DNA from: an uncultured bacterium
GTDB taxonomy: Bacteria > Chloroflexota > UBA5177 > JANWHV01
DNA length: 64,000 nucleotides
Direction of reading: 5' to 3'
Assembly: GCA_963827235.1 (NCBI GenBank)
Contig: CAWHAE010000010.1
Coordinates: 864,001-928,000, forward strand
Each line of letters opens with the position of its first letter. Position 1 is the stretch's first letter. Made by a program: the position numbers and the translations under genes. Below, piece after piece: positions 27,744 to 37,673 of the stretch. Under the pieces are notes generated by a model. That model searched no databases. It was not told where the DNA came from and worked only from the letters and a program-made list of their open reading frames with translations.

Positions 27744-28994
27744 ATGGATTGGCAAGCAGCTAGTCCAGTCGCGCTGCTCCGAGAGGTTGATCCCGCGATC
27801 GTCGAACGGATCACGGAGCAGCTCGACGAGCTCGGCTATACGTCCGCGGTCGTCGACGACATTCTCTCGGTGCTGCCTGAGATGTCGGAGCCCGACGTTG
27901 TACTGATCGGTCTGGAAGGACCGGCAGCGCCGCGGACGGCCTTCGCTCGCCAGGCGAACGCGAGCTTTCCCGGTGCGCTCATTCTGGGCTACACCATGGA
28001 CTTCACCGCCGACGCGCTGGCGGGAGCAATGGCGATTGGTCTGCGGCGCGTGCTGCCGTATCCGTTCAGCACCGCGATGCTGCGGCAGACCATCGAAGCC
28101 GTGCGCGCCGAGCTACAGTCATTGACTGCCAAACAGCCGACCGCGGCTCCGACCGTTGTGCACGCCGATCTGCCACGGCGGCCGGCAGACACGGTGCCGG
28201 ACCTTCCGCACCAGCTGATCGTGATCACGAGTCCAAAGGGCGGAGTTGGCACCTCCACGCTCTCCGTGAATCTGGCCGCGGCACTTCAGGTTCTGGGCTA
28301 CCCGACCGCACTGGTCGACCTCAACCTGAATTTCGCCAGCCACGGCGTCTTTCTCGATCTCCATTCTGACAGGTCGCTTGCGGACTTGCTCGACGGCGCC
28401 CAGATAACACGGCCGGCCGTAACGTCGCTGCTTGTGCGGCACCAGAGTGGGCTGCACGCTCTCCTCGGCCCTGAGCAGCCGGAGGACGGCGAACGCATCC
28501 TGTTTGAGCATATTCAGCAGACGCTCACCATTCTGCGGGACTCGTTCACGTTTACGGTAGTCGACGCGTGCCCGTGTTTCGACGGCCGCGTGCTGGCCGC
28601 GCTGGAAATGTCGAACACGATCCTTGTTCCGCTGTGCCCCGACCTGCCCACGATGAAGAACACGAACTCGTATTTGCGCGTCATCGAGCTCTTGCACTAT
28701 GACATGAGCAAGCTCATGTTGGTGATGATGAGGGCGGACAGCATCAGCCAGCATGAGCTTCGCGACATCGAGGCGGCAATCAACCGGGAGATACGGTTGC
28801 GCATAGCGAGTGACGGAACGCGCACTACAGACGCCGCCAACTCGGGTACGCCGTTCGTGCTCAGTGAGCCCGATGCACCAGTCAGTCAGAACGTCTTCGC
28901 CGTCGCGCGGACACTGATTGGCAATACGTCTGACGACTATACCGCGGCCCGGCCCAAGAAGCAGTCGATGGTCGGCCGCTTCTTGAGACGGTAG
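27744..28994 (+). CDS. Receiver-like domain + MinD/ParA ATPase (CpaE/TadZ-like)
   Basis: Atypical REC N-terminus; SPKGGVGTSTLSVNLA, LVDLN, VVDA, NSGTPFV. Confidence 0.8.
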   Translation: MDWQAASPVALLREVDPAIVERITEQLDELGYTSAVVDDILSVLPEMSEPDVVLIGLEGPAAPRTAFARQANASFPGALILGYTMDFTADALAGAMAIGLRRVLPYPFSTAMLRQTIEAVRAELQSLTAKQPTAAPTVVHADLPRRPADTVPDLPHQLIVITSPKGGVGTSTLSVNLAAALQVLGYPTALVDLNLNFASHGVFLDLHSDRSLADLLDGAQITRPAVTSLLVRHQSGLHALLGPEQPEDGERILFEHIQQTLTILRDSFTFTVVDACPCFDGRVLAALEMSNTILVPLCPDLPTMKNTNSYLRVIELLHYDMSKLMLVMMRADSISQHELRDIEAAINREIRLRIASDGTRTTDAANSGTPFVLSEPDAPVSQNVFAVARTLIGNTSDDYTAARPKKQSMVGRFLRR

Positions 28995-29014
28995 CCGCGA
29001 GCTAGCGTGACCCG

Positions 29015-31054
29015 CTACGCTGCCAGGTCGCTTGGCGAATAGTTCTTGAGCACCGGCACGTCGATGAGCAGGCCGATCCGGCCGTCGCCCAGAATGGTAG
29101 CCCCGGCGAGGCCGCGAATATAGCCCATGTAGTTGCCCAGCGGCTTCATCACGATCTCTTGCTCGCCTATCACGTGGTCGACCACCAGACCGAGCATCTG
29201 GCCGTCGACACGGGTTGCCACGACGTGTTGAGAGCTCAAGCTGGTGTCTCTACCGCTTCGGCAGAAATACTGCCGCAGGCGCAGCAAGGGCAGAATCGTG
29301 CCGCGAACCAGCGTGGCCTCGGTGCCCTGGAGCTCGTGAATCTGATCGTCCTGCACATTGAGGATCTCGGTCACCATGTTGAGCGGCAGGGCGTAGACGG
29401 CGTTGTCGACCGACACGAGCAAGGCCTGCATGATGGCCAACGTCAGGGGCAGCGTGATTGAGAACGTCGTGCCCTTACCGAGCACGCTCTGGACCGCGAC
29501 GTGTCCACCCATGCGGTCGACCGTGGACTTGACGATGTCGGTGCCCACCCCGCGCCCGCTGATGTCGGTTATCGCGCGAGCAGTGGAGAGCCCAGGCATG
29601 AAGCACAGCTCGACCATTTCCTGCTCAGTCAGTCTCGCCGCCGCCTCGGTCGTGATCAGACCTTTTTCGACGGCCTTGGCCAGCACCTTCCGACCGTCGA
29701 TGCCGGCGCCGTCGTCCCGAACTTCGATCAGGATATGATTCTCAGCCGGTGTAGCCGAGAGGGCGATAGAGCCCACGGGACTCTTACCCGCGGCAACGCG
29801 CTGTTCGGGTGACTCGATACCGTGGTCCAGCGAATTCCTGAGCATGTGCACCAGCGGATCCGAAAGCATCTCGATCACGGAGCGGTCGAGCTCGGTCTCA
29901 TTACCGGTCATTGTGAAGTTGACTTGCTTGCCGCTCTGTGCGGTGAGGTCGCGCACCAGCCGCGGGAACTTGTGGAACACGTTGGCGACGGGTAGCATCC
30001 GGGCCTTCATCACGGTCGATTGAAGGTCGGTCACCACCTGCTCGAGATGGCTAACGGCATCGTCGAGACCTGCCACGCTCTCGTCGTCGGAGTAGCGCGA
30101 CTGGAGCTGGGATCGCAGCGTCTGCAGCCGCGTGCGCCCTAGCACGAGCTCGCTCACCAGGCTCATGAGGCTGTCCACGATGCCGACAGAGATCCTGATA
30201 CTGGTGTCGGCTGACCCACTGGCCTGCCGGCCTCCTGCCGCTGCTTTCGGGCTCTGCGGCTCCGCGGCTTTAGCCGCTTGAAGTGCCAGCTCCGGATCTG
30301 GAATGCTGTATGCGTCAACCGACACGCCGGTCACGTCGCCGATCTCGAGGATCCTCTCCTGCAGCTTGATCGGCTGCATATCGATCAGCGCCAGGGCCTT
30401 GAGGCCGACAGAGCGCTCATATCCTTCGAGCTGGTCTTTGCTGGGGATCATGCGTACTATGCGGCCGCAGCGCTCGAGTTCCATGGCTGCCTGGAACGTG
30501 CGCGCCACGCTCAATCCGCAGTCGACGTCTACCGACACCGAAACGAGATAGAGCTTGTCGGCAGGAGTGCCGTCCGGCAGAGAGTCCAGCGCCTCGTCGT
30601 ACGGCCAATCCACTTCTGATCCCGACTGCGCGGAGTCTGTTGCACGAACGCTAGCTTGTTTCAGGCACGCCATCAAAGCATGCCGCACGTCGTCGAGCGG
30701 CAGGTCGGCTGGGACCCGCGTGACCACCTCATGGTTCAGGACCTTCAGCGCGTCGAGTGCCTCCAGCAGTGCATCGGTAGTCCGCTGCGTGACGCGCACG
30801 GTATGCGAACGGAGGGCATCCAGCACGTTCTCCATGTCGTGCGAGAGCTCCGCCATGCGCTGATGGCCAATGATGCCCGCTCCCCCCTTGATGGTGTGAG
30901 CAGAGCGAAAGATCTGCTGCAGGAGCCCACCATCGTCCGGATTGGTCTCGAGCTGGACAATGCCCTGATCGAGCATCTGAATGTGGTCGTTCGTCTCGGA
31001 TAGAAACAACTCTATCTCTTGATCATCTGCGTCAAACTCTAGGGCCACAGTCAT
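29015..31054 (-). CDS. cheA: Chemotaxis histidine kinase CheA
   Basis: Hpt IFRSAHTIKG, DPLVHMLRNSLDHGIE, DDGAGID, SGRGVG, LPLTLAI, CheW-like C-terminus. Confidence 0.96.
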   Translation of the reverse strand: MTVALEFDADDQEIELFLSETNDHIQMLDQGIVQLETNPDDGGLLQQIFRSAHTIKGGAGIIGHQRMAELSHDMENVLDALRSHTVRVTQRTTDALLEALDALKVLNHEVVTRVPADLPLDDVRHALMACLKQASVRATDSAQSGSEVDWPYDEALDSLPDGTPADKLYLVSVSVDVDCGLSVARTFQAAMELERCGRIVRMIPSKDQLEGYERSVGLKALALIDMQPIKLQERILEIGDVTGVSVDAYSIPDPELALQAAKAAEPQSPKAAAGGRQASGSADTSIRISVGIVDSLMSLVSELVLGRTRLQTLRSQLQSRYSDDESVAGLDDAVSHLEQVVTDLQSTVMKARMLPVANVFHKFPRLVRDLTAQSGKQVNFTMTGNETELDRSVIEMLSDPLVHMLRNSLDHGIESPEQRVAAGKSPVGSIALSATPAENHILIEVRDDGAGIDGRKVLAKAVEKGLITTEAAARLTEQEMVELCFMPGLSTARAITDISGRGVGTDIVKSTVDRMGGHVAVQSVLGKGTTFSITLPLTLAIMQALLVSVDNAVYALPLNMVTEILNVQDDQIHELQGTEATLVRGTILPLLRLRQYFCRSGRDTSLSSQHVVATRVDGQMLGLVVDHVIGEQEIVMKPLGNYMGYIRGLAGATILGDGRIGLLIDVPVLKNYSPSDLAA

Positions 31055-31061
31055 CCTCCAT

Positions 31062-31565
31062 TCACAGAGCCTGCTCAGCGCCGCCAACGAGGCGCACGGT
31101 CGTGACGCCGGTGGAAGCGTAGAGCGTCAATGTACGTCCCATGTTGCCCCCGACGTCTTGAGCGACGGAGCGCAGGCCGTTCTCCTCCAGTGCATGCAGT
31201 ACCGCCTCAATATTGCGGCGACCTACCTGAAGCCGATCCTCTTTGTTACCCAGCCGTATCACTTGCGCCCCGCCAGCCAGCTTGATCACACAATCCCTGA
31301 TTCGCGCCCCACGTCTCTCCAGCGAATCTACTACTGACACGACAGCCTGGTCGGCGAAGCGAGCCGGCTGATCCGCGGGTAGTTGCGCCGGAGCAGGGCC
31401 GGGAAGCATGACGTGTGCCAGTGCAGCGACCCTGGTCTTGGGCTCATACACGGCTATCCCGATGCACGATCCCAGTCCCCTGGCCACGAGCAGGCCGTCG
31501 GCCCGCTGGACGATGGATAGCTCGCCGAGGCCGACCGAAGTTATAGTGATGGCGGCTGGCTGCAC
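31062..31565 (-). CDS. cheD: Chemoreceptor glutamine deamidase CheD
   Basis: GLGSCIGIA, LAHVMLP, KLAGGA, VGRRN, DVGG..GRT. Confidence 0.93.
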   Translation of the reverse strand: MQPAAITITSVGLGELSIVQRADGLLVARGLGSCIGIAVYEPKTRVAALAHVMLPGPAPAQLPADQPARFADQAVVSVVDSLERRGARIRDCVIKLAGGAQVIRLGNKEDRLQVGRRNIEAVLHALEENGLRSVAQDVGGNMGRTLTLYASTGVTTVRLVGGAEQAL

Positions 31566-32161
31566 GTTACTAACCGGCTTTCCAACGTGTCACACGACAG
31601 ATCAGTGGGTAGCAGAATGAGCTCGCCTTGCAGCCTCTCACCTCCCACCTCGAAGAGGGTGTGGACCAGCAGCGCATGCGACGAATCCAGCGCCAACTCG
31701 AGCACGACGTTGCTGAGCAAAGCGCCGATCATGTCGTGAACCACAACGGGTGGAGACGGGTGTACTGTGTAGTCCACGGCATTTGCTATGGCGTTCAGGA
31801 ACGATGCCGTTACGATATTGCCCACTTCTCCGAGCGCCGATTCCGCCATCGCGGAAAGCGGCTGTTCGACAGGCTCCATGAGCAGCTTCTCCGAAAGCTG
31901 CGCGGCGGCCTCCGGCGAGAACGAGAGGACCACATGGCCCTCAAACGGACCGTCGAACTGCAAGTACACTGCGGTTACCAGGCGTTCTTCACCCTCTCGC
32001 AGTCCTGGCAGATCTTCGAGCCGGAGCCGCTCCACATTTGTGCCCTGAAGCCTGATCGGACAATCGACCAGGCCGCTCAGTTGCTCGCCAGCATACGTTA
32101 CCGCGCTGATAAGCGCATGAGCCAAGGGTGGAGCGACTAGCCTGTCATAGGTTGTTTCCAA
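31541..32161 (-). CDS. cheC: CheY-P phosphatase CheC/CheX family
   Basis: SALGEVGNIVTASFLNA, PSPP; adjacent to cheD. Confidence 0.85.
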   Translation of the reverse strand: METTYDRLVAPPLAHALISAVTYAGEQLSGLVDCPIRLQGTNVERLRLEDLPGLREGEERLVTAVYLQFDGPFEGHVVLSFSPEAAAQLSEKLLMEPVEQPLSAMAESALGEVGNIVTASFLNAIANAVDYTVHPSPPVVVHDMIGALLSNVVLELALDSSHALLVHTLFEVGGERLQGELILLPTDLSCDTLESRLVTCSQPPSL

Positions 32162-32208
32162 GGGTCTCCATCCTCCTTAATGCCGCCAGCACACCATCCT
32201 GTCTATTC

Positions 32209-32236
32209 CCTTCGGCAAGAATCGCGAAAACATTAG
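32209..32236 (-). promoter_or_regulatory. sigma28-type promoter for cheC-cheD-cheA
   Basis: CTAATG-N14-GCCGAAGG on minus strand. Confidence 0.6.
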
Positions 32237-32265
32237 TGGGGATGTGGCACAAAAGCGGTGCAAGT

Positions 32266-32293
32266 CTAAAGAATTGGCCTGTTCGGCCGATAG
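32266..32293 (+). promoter_or_regulatory. sigma28-type promoter for cheB-cheR
   Basis: CTAAAG-N14-GCCGATAG. Confidence 0.78.
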
Positions 32294-32353
32294 TATGTAT
32301 GAAGCAGAGTGCGGCGTGCCCGCATAACCCAGCGCGACTACAAAGGGGTTGCC

Positions 32354-33472
32354 ATGGACGAGCCGAAGCGCGTGCTCATCGTCGACGACTCAAGCCTGGT
32401 ACGACACAGGCTATCAACCATAATCCGCTCGGCTCCCGGCTTCGAGGTGGCAGGAATCGCCAGCACGGGCAGCGAATGTCTGGCACTCCTGCCCCAGCTC
32501 AGGCCCCATGTCATCACGCTCGACGTGCATATGCCGGACATGGATGGACTGGAGACTCTACGCCAGATCATGGACCGGCAGCCCACCCCGGTGCTCATGG
32601 TGAGCTCGGAGACGGACGCGGGAGCAAAGACGACCATCGATGCCTTGGCGCTCGGAGCCGTGGACTACATCGCGAAGCCTACCACGCCCTGGATTCATAC
32701 TGCCGACGCCTTTCGCGAGGATCTAGTCACGAAGCTCACTGTCGTGGCCGGTGTACGTGTCCGCCCGGGCAGGCGCCGAACGGGGATGTTGGCGCCCCTG
32801 GCGGCGGAGCCCGTCCTCTCCAATCCGCAGAACGACCCGCCCAGGGCCCTGGCGCAGAACGCCGGCAGGTGGGAGGACACGCCGTTGGTGGCCATCGGCA
32901 GCTCTACCGGCGGTCCGCAAGCCCTCGATCAACTGTTCTCGGACCTGCGATCCATGCAGCCGGCAGCCTTCATCGTCGTTCAGCATATGCCGCCCGTCTT
33001 CACCAAATCCCTGGCCGGTCGCCTGAATCGGAGGACGGAAATGGACGTGCGCGAGGTCGACGAGGGCGACGTCGTCCGTAGCGGAACCGTGCTCGTGGGC
33101 CAAGGGGGCTTCCACGTTACGCTCGGAAAGGACAAGCGCTATCACATCGATCAAACTCCACCGCTGCACGGCGTGCGCCCCGCTGTGGATCGCTTGCTGC
33201 TGTCGCTGGCAGAGAACTGGCCGGGAAAATGCCTGGTCGTCATCATGACCGGCATGGGAGTGGACGGGACGAACGGCGCGCGCGTGATGCACGCGCATGG
33301 CGCGGAGGTTCTGGCGCAGGACGAGAGCACGTCGATTGTCTACGGCATGCCGCGCTCCGTGGTTGAAGCCGGCATAGTCAAAGCCGTCCATCCGCTGGAC
33401 AAGCTCGGGCAGGCAATCGAGAAATGGATCCACGAGACGGCCGACGCGGGTACGCCCGACCTGGCAACCTAG
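32354..33472 (+). CDS. cheB: Chemotaxis methylesterase CheB (REC + esterase)
   Basis: VLIVDDS, LDVHMP; GSSTGGP, QHMP, RPAVD, TGMGVDG. Confidence 0.96.
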   Translation: MDEPKRVLIVDDSSLVRHRLSTIIRSAPGFEVAGIASTGSECLALLPQLRPHVITLDVHMPDMDGLETLRQIMDRQPTPVLMVSSETDAGAKTTIDALALGAVDYIAKPTTPWIHTADAFREDLVTKLTVVAGVRVRPGRRRTGMLAPLAAEPVLSNPQNDPPRALAQNAGRWEDTPLVAIGSSTGGPQALDQLFSDLRSMQPAAFIVVQHMPPVFTKSLAGRLNRRTEMDVREVDEGDVVRSGTVLVGQGGFHVTLGKDKRYHIDQTPPLHGVRPAVDRLLLSLAENWPGKCLVVIMTGMGVDGTNGARVMHAHGAEVLAQDESTSIVYGMPRSVVEAGIVKAVHPLDKLGQAIEKWIHETADAGTPDLAT

Positions 33473-33484
33473 GGGAGCAGCGCA

Positions 33485-34279
33485 GTGGCTACTACTTTTG
33501 AAACAGAATACAGCCAGTTCATGCAGCTGGTGGCGACGGTGCTGCCCGTCAACCTACAGTGCTATAAGCCCAAGCAGATGGAGCGCCGCATCCGCGACCT
33601 GGCGCGCAAGCACCAGGCGCCCGACCTGCTTGCTTTTGCGGCGATGCTGCGCGGCAATCGCGAGATCCTGCGGGAGTTTGAGCAGCACATCACCATCAAC
33701 GTGTCCGAGTTCTACCGCAATCCGGAGGCGTTCGAGTACCTCAACCAACGCATACTCGATCCGCTCAAGTCTCGCACGCAGGGGGTGAAGGTGTGGAGCG
33801 CCGGCTGCTCAAATGGAGCGGAAGCCTACACAGTAACCATGCTGCTCACAGAGCTCATGCCTGGCCGCCGGCATACTGTGTATGCCACGGACATCGACCG
33901 CGCCATGCTGGAGAAGGCAAAGTCAGGTGCGGGCTACAGTCCGGAAGACGTTCGAGGGCTGCCGGCGCGCCTGCGCGACAAGTACATGGTGCGCGAAGGC
34001 ACCTCGCTGAGAGTCTGCGAGGAGATCGCGCGAGTGGTGAGGTTCGACCGCCACGATCTGTTGCGCGACAAGGTGCAGCAGAGCTTCGATATCGTAGCTT
34101 GCCGGAACGTGGTCATTTATTTCACCGATGAGGCGAAGAACGACCTTTACGGCAAACTTGCAAACGCGCTCGAGCCGAGCGGCGTTCTGTTCATCGGCGC
34201 CACCGAGACGATTGGCCGGCCGAGTGACTACGGGTTGCAGTATGTAGCGCCATGTTTCTACCGCAGAGTTGCCCGGTGA
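33485..34279 (+). CDS. cheR: Chemotaxis methyltransferase CheR
   Basis: TINVSEFYRN, WSAGCSNGAEAY, ATDID, CRNVVIYF. Confidence 0.96.
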   Translation: MATTFETEYSQFMQLVATVLPVNLQCYKPKQMERRIRDLARKHQAPDLLAFAAMLRGNREILREFEQHITINVSEFYRNPEAFEYLNQRILDPLKSRTQGVKVWSAGCSNGAEAYTVTMLLTELMPGRRHTVYATDIDRAMLEKAKSGAGYSPEDVRGLPARLRDKYMVREGTSLRVCEEIARVVRFDRHDLLRDKVQQSFDIVACRNVVIYFTDEAKNDLYGKLANALEPSGVLFIGATETIGRPSDYGLQYVAPCFYRRVAR

Positions 34280-34306
34280 GAGGTCCCAGGGGCTGGGAGG
34301 CCGTCA

Positions 34307-35392
34307 ATGCGTAGGTGCGCAGCACTCTCGACCGTCTACCTCGTGCTCGTCGCGCTGCTGGCTACGGGCATCACCGAGCCTTCCGCCCGGGCTGCCGGCA
34401 CCGCGCCGATAAGCCTGGGGGGCGTTGTGGGCCAGGATCCGGTTATCCACCGGCTCTATGTCGCCCAGCCTGCCACGAACAAAGTGCTGGTGTTCGACAG
34501 CGCGGTCAGCACATCGATGAACCTGGTGGGCGCGCTCGCCGTGCCGCCGCGACCGGCGGCCATTGCCGTCGACACATCGAGGCACCTGCTCTACGTGGCC
34601 AGTGATGACACCGGCACACTTACGCGGTATGACGACCGCACTCTGAAGAAACTGAAGACGCTCCAGCTCAGCGGCCGACCCGGGGGCCTGAGCCTCATGT
34701 ACGGTGGCAACGTGCTCATCATCACGGACGCGATCTCGGGTGAGGTCTCTCAGCTCCAGGTCGAGCCTACGATCGGACCGTTCTCGCACGTGCTGAGCAC
34801 CGGGCCTGGACCGAACCCAACCGTCATGCTGACACCCGCATCTGCCTGGGGAGGAGAAAAGGTCGTCATCTGGGCGCGCGATTTCCTTCCAGGCGAGCTC
34901 GTGCAGGTCTCCTGGGGTATGGTACGCATGGTGACGCTGAAGGCCGATGAGCTTGGCTCTATCGTCGGCACGTTCACCGTGCCGAAACCGGCGAACAAGA
35001 AGAAACCCGATCTGGGGCCGCATCTGGTCGTGCTAATCGGCCAGAGCAGCAGCCGATCGCAGAGCACGCTCCTGACAGCAGTGGCAGCACCTCCCCCTCC
35101 CAGGGTGATAAAGCCCGTCCCCCCTAAGCCGCCTTCGCCCATGACGCGCAGAATGAGCGCGCTGTTTGGCATCAAGGTGAGTCTCGCCGCTCCCGGACCG
35201 CTTGCCATCGGCCCGCTGAAGAATCGACAGGTGCATGTAGCATGGATGTACCTTGTGTATGTCTACATTGCCGCTACAATTATGTTGCTCATACTGAGGA
35301 GGGCCAGGAGACGCAAGTCCCCGCCGCCGCCGAAGAAGAAGAAGGGCCCCGCGCCTCGACGGGCGGCGTTGCCTGCTAGGGCGACCGCGTGA
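34307..35392 (+). CDS. Surface-anchored YncE/beta-propeller-like protein
   Basis: Signal peptide, RLYVA/LLYVA propeller blades, Pro-rich linker, C-terminal TM plus basic tail. Confidence 0.65.
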   Translation: MRRCAALSTVYLVLVALLATGITEPSARAAGTAPISLGGVVGQDPVIHRLYVAQPATNKVLVFDSAVSTSMNLVGALAVPPRPAAIAVDTSRHLLYVASDDTGTLTRYDDRTLKKLKTLQLSGRPGGLSLMYGGNVLIITDAISGEVSQLQVEPTIGPFSHVLSTGPGPNPTVMLTPASAWGGEKVVIWARDFLPGELVQVSWGMVRMVTLKADELGSIVGTFTVPKPANKKKPDLGPHLVVLIGQSSSRSQSTLLTAVAAPPPPRVIKPVPPKPPSPMTRRMSALFGIKVSLAAPGPLAIGPLKNRQVHVAWMYLVYVYIAATIMLLILRRARRRKSPPPPKKKKGPAPRRAALPARATA

Positions 35393-35429
35393 TGCTTGCC
35401 GTAGCGAGCCCTAATGAAGGAGAAGCACG

Positions 35430-36305
35430 TTGGAATCACCGCACAACGTCGCTGCTGTGAGCCGCACCGGCACGCCAAGGCTGCAGGTCACCAACAAGAT
35501 GCTGCGCATGCTGGCTCCCATGCCTGCCACGGCAATGCAGTTGCTCAACCTGCTGGCACATGCCGACGTGTCGCTGCAGAAGCTGGCTGACGTCGCCGTG
35601 CGCGATGTTGGGGTCTCGACCGCCCTCCTTCGCTGCGCCAACAGCGCGACCTTCGGCCTGCGAGGCACCATTGGTAGCATCACGGATGCGATTCGCGTGA
35701 TCGGCACCGCGCAGACACGGATGGTGGTGCTTGCCAGCGGCGTGTCCCAGGTTGCCCAGCGCGAGATGCCGATCTATCAGCTACCGGCCGGCGCATTCAC
35801 GGCGCACAGCGAGCTGGTGGCCAACACCACGGCGACGGTCGCCCGGCTGGCCGGCATGAGCAATCTTGGCCTCGCCTACAGCACGGGCCTTCTCCACGAC
35901 CTCGGCAAGGTCGTTCTCAGCGGTCTTGCACTGGCGAATGATCCGCGGCCGGCGTCGCTTGCCAGCGAGATGGAGTCCCGCGACTGCACTCTCCTGGAGG
36001 CAGAAGAAGCCAAGTTCGGCGCCAATCACGCGCAGGTCGGTAAGCAGCTTGCCGAGCTGTGGGCACTACCGCCCGAGCTCGCGGATGCCGTGGGACGCCA
36101 TCACGAGCTCCAGGAGCCATCTGAGCCAGAGATGCTGAGCTACAGTGTGATGCTGGGCAACGTGGTAGCAGGGGTCATCGATCCCGAGTATCCGCGTCTC
36201 AGCACGGCACGCGAGGTGACGATGCCCGACTGGCTCGACCTCGACCAGGTGTACGCGGCGGCCGTCCATTCGGGACTGAAGATCTCGAAGCCTGCCCCCA
36301 AGTAA
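35430..36305 (+). CDS. HDOD domain protein
   Basis: LLRCANSATFG..I.SI.DAI..IG, GLLHDLGK, HAQVG..LA..W.LP, HH. Confidence 0.88.
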   Translation: MESPHNVAAVSRTGTPRLQVTNKMLRMLAPMPATAMQLLNLLAHADVSLQKLADVAVRDVGVSTALLRCANSATFGLRGTIGSITDAIRVIGTAQTRMVVLASGVSQVAQREMPIYQLPAGAFTAHSELVANTTATVARLAGMSNLGLAYSTGLLHDLGKVVLSGLALANDPRPASLASEMESRDCTLLEAEEAKFGANHAQVGKQLAELWALPPELADAVGRHHELQEPSEPEMLSYSVMLGNVVAGVIDPEYPRLSTAREVTMPDWLDLDQVYAAAVHSGLKISKPAPK

Positions 36306-36581
36306 CCAGGCGATCGGGCGTGCGGGAGTGCCACAAGCCTGTGGATTGGTGTATACTCAGTGCAATCTTGATCCATTGCGTCTTTGCCACAGTGTAGTGT
36401 CTGTCCAGCCGGATCCGTGGTAGAGCCGTCGCGAGACTGGACTCGCCGGCGGCGCGAACGCCACCCGTACTGGGTGGCATGCAGACTGGTCACCACGCCA
36501 TTGTGGGTCCTCGCGACCCCGCTGCAGCGAGTAGGCGGTCGGCCAGCCGGCGCACGAAATCGGCGAGGTAGGGGTGTGTTG

Positions 36582-37157
36582 ATGAGCGGCCCACAGGCCG
36601 GTACCGCACGGACGCCGTCGCACAAGGGACAAGTGATGCGCCGCGTCGAGCTGCCGGATGAAGTGCATCGAGCCGAGGATGGCCTTGACATCTTCTCCAT
36701 GGCCAAGAAGGTAGTTGCCACCGGAGAGCTTCAGATAGCCGCGATGCTCATCCGCGGTGCCTTCCACTGCGACGTACGGCGGATTCCGTTGCGTGAGGAA
36801 CCGTGCAGCCCTTCGGTTGCCCTTCTGCCAAACCATTACCTGGCAGAGTTCAAGCGAGGAGAGCAGCGCCTCGTCATCGAGCTATCGTCCGGCGAGCCGT
36901 GCAAGTTGCCCTACCCCCAGACCTTTCTCGTCCAGGCGTGCCTCAGCAGGATGGTCGTGCGCGCCAGCGCCGATTTTGCCGATTGGCGCTCGACGATGGG
37001 CCACGGTACGCTTGCCAATGATATCGCTATCTACGCTTGGGCTTGCCGGCAGGCCCGCGCAATGACCATGATGTTTACCAGTGAGCAGCTCGAGCTCCTG
37101 GAGAAGATCACGCTCGACGAACTGGACATGCAGCCGAGCGAGCTGGGTTATCGCTAG
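36582..37157 (+). CDS. Hypothetical protein
   Basis: Open frame with globular composition; SD-like GGGGTG before ATG 36582; start uncertain. Confidence 0.55.
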   Translation: MSGPQAGTARTPSHKGQVMRRVELPDEVHRAEDGLDIFSMAKKVVATGELQIAAMLIRGAFHCDVRRIPLREEPCSPSVALLPNHYLAEFKRGEQRLVIELSSGEPCKLPYPQTFLVQACLSRMVVRASADFADWRSTMGHGTLANDIAIYAWACRQARAMTMMFTSEQLELLEKITLDELDMQPSELGYR

Positions 37158-37316
37158 CGGCGTGCCGGCAACCAACGATCGCGCTCTCCGCGATCCCGGC
37201 TGGAGGCTGCGAGGCCCGTGGTGGCGTGTGGGGAGCGCTGCTCGCACTCTGGCTCGGTCGCAGCAACCATCAAGTGGTAGGCTACCAGATGCGCTGCAAA
37301 CTGAGCACGCGAACGA

Positions 37317-37670
37317 TCAGGCTGTCCAGCCGTGCGTTCGCTTTCGCAAAGGGGGCTCGAGGTACTCGGCCGCACGCCGGCCTTCAGTGAGACGAGCCAT
37401 CTGGTGGCGCACATTCTCTCTGCGCGAAATCAATGCTCGCTCCAGGTCCGTGGTCCGCTGACGGAGCTCGCGTACCATGCCAGATAGCTCCGGGGCCCAC
37501 GCTTGCTGCAGTGCGGTCTGGAATGAGGCCTCCTGTATGAGAAGCAGGCGAGTTTCCGAGAGCGCAGACACGGTCGGCATGTCTCCGGCGACGAGTGCCT
37601 TCTCTTGCCTGGCTTGCAGGGCAAGCAGGCGCGTGAGCAGATCACGTTGGAGAACTGAAATATCGCTCAT
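37317..37670 (-). CDS. FliT/FlgN-like flagellar chaperone, copy A
   Basis: 117-aa helical protein L..L...Q..AL..GD; paralog of 39807-40160. Confidence 0.6.
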   Translation of the reverse strand: MSDISVLQRDLLTRLLALQARQEKALVAGDMPTVSALSETRLLLIQEASFQTALQQAWAPELSGMVRELRQRTTDLERALISRRENVRHQMARLTEGRRAAEYLEPPLRKRTHGWTA

Positions 37671-37673
37671 GAA

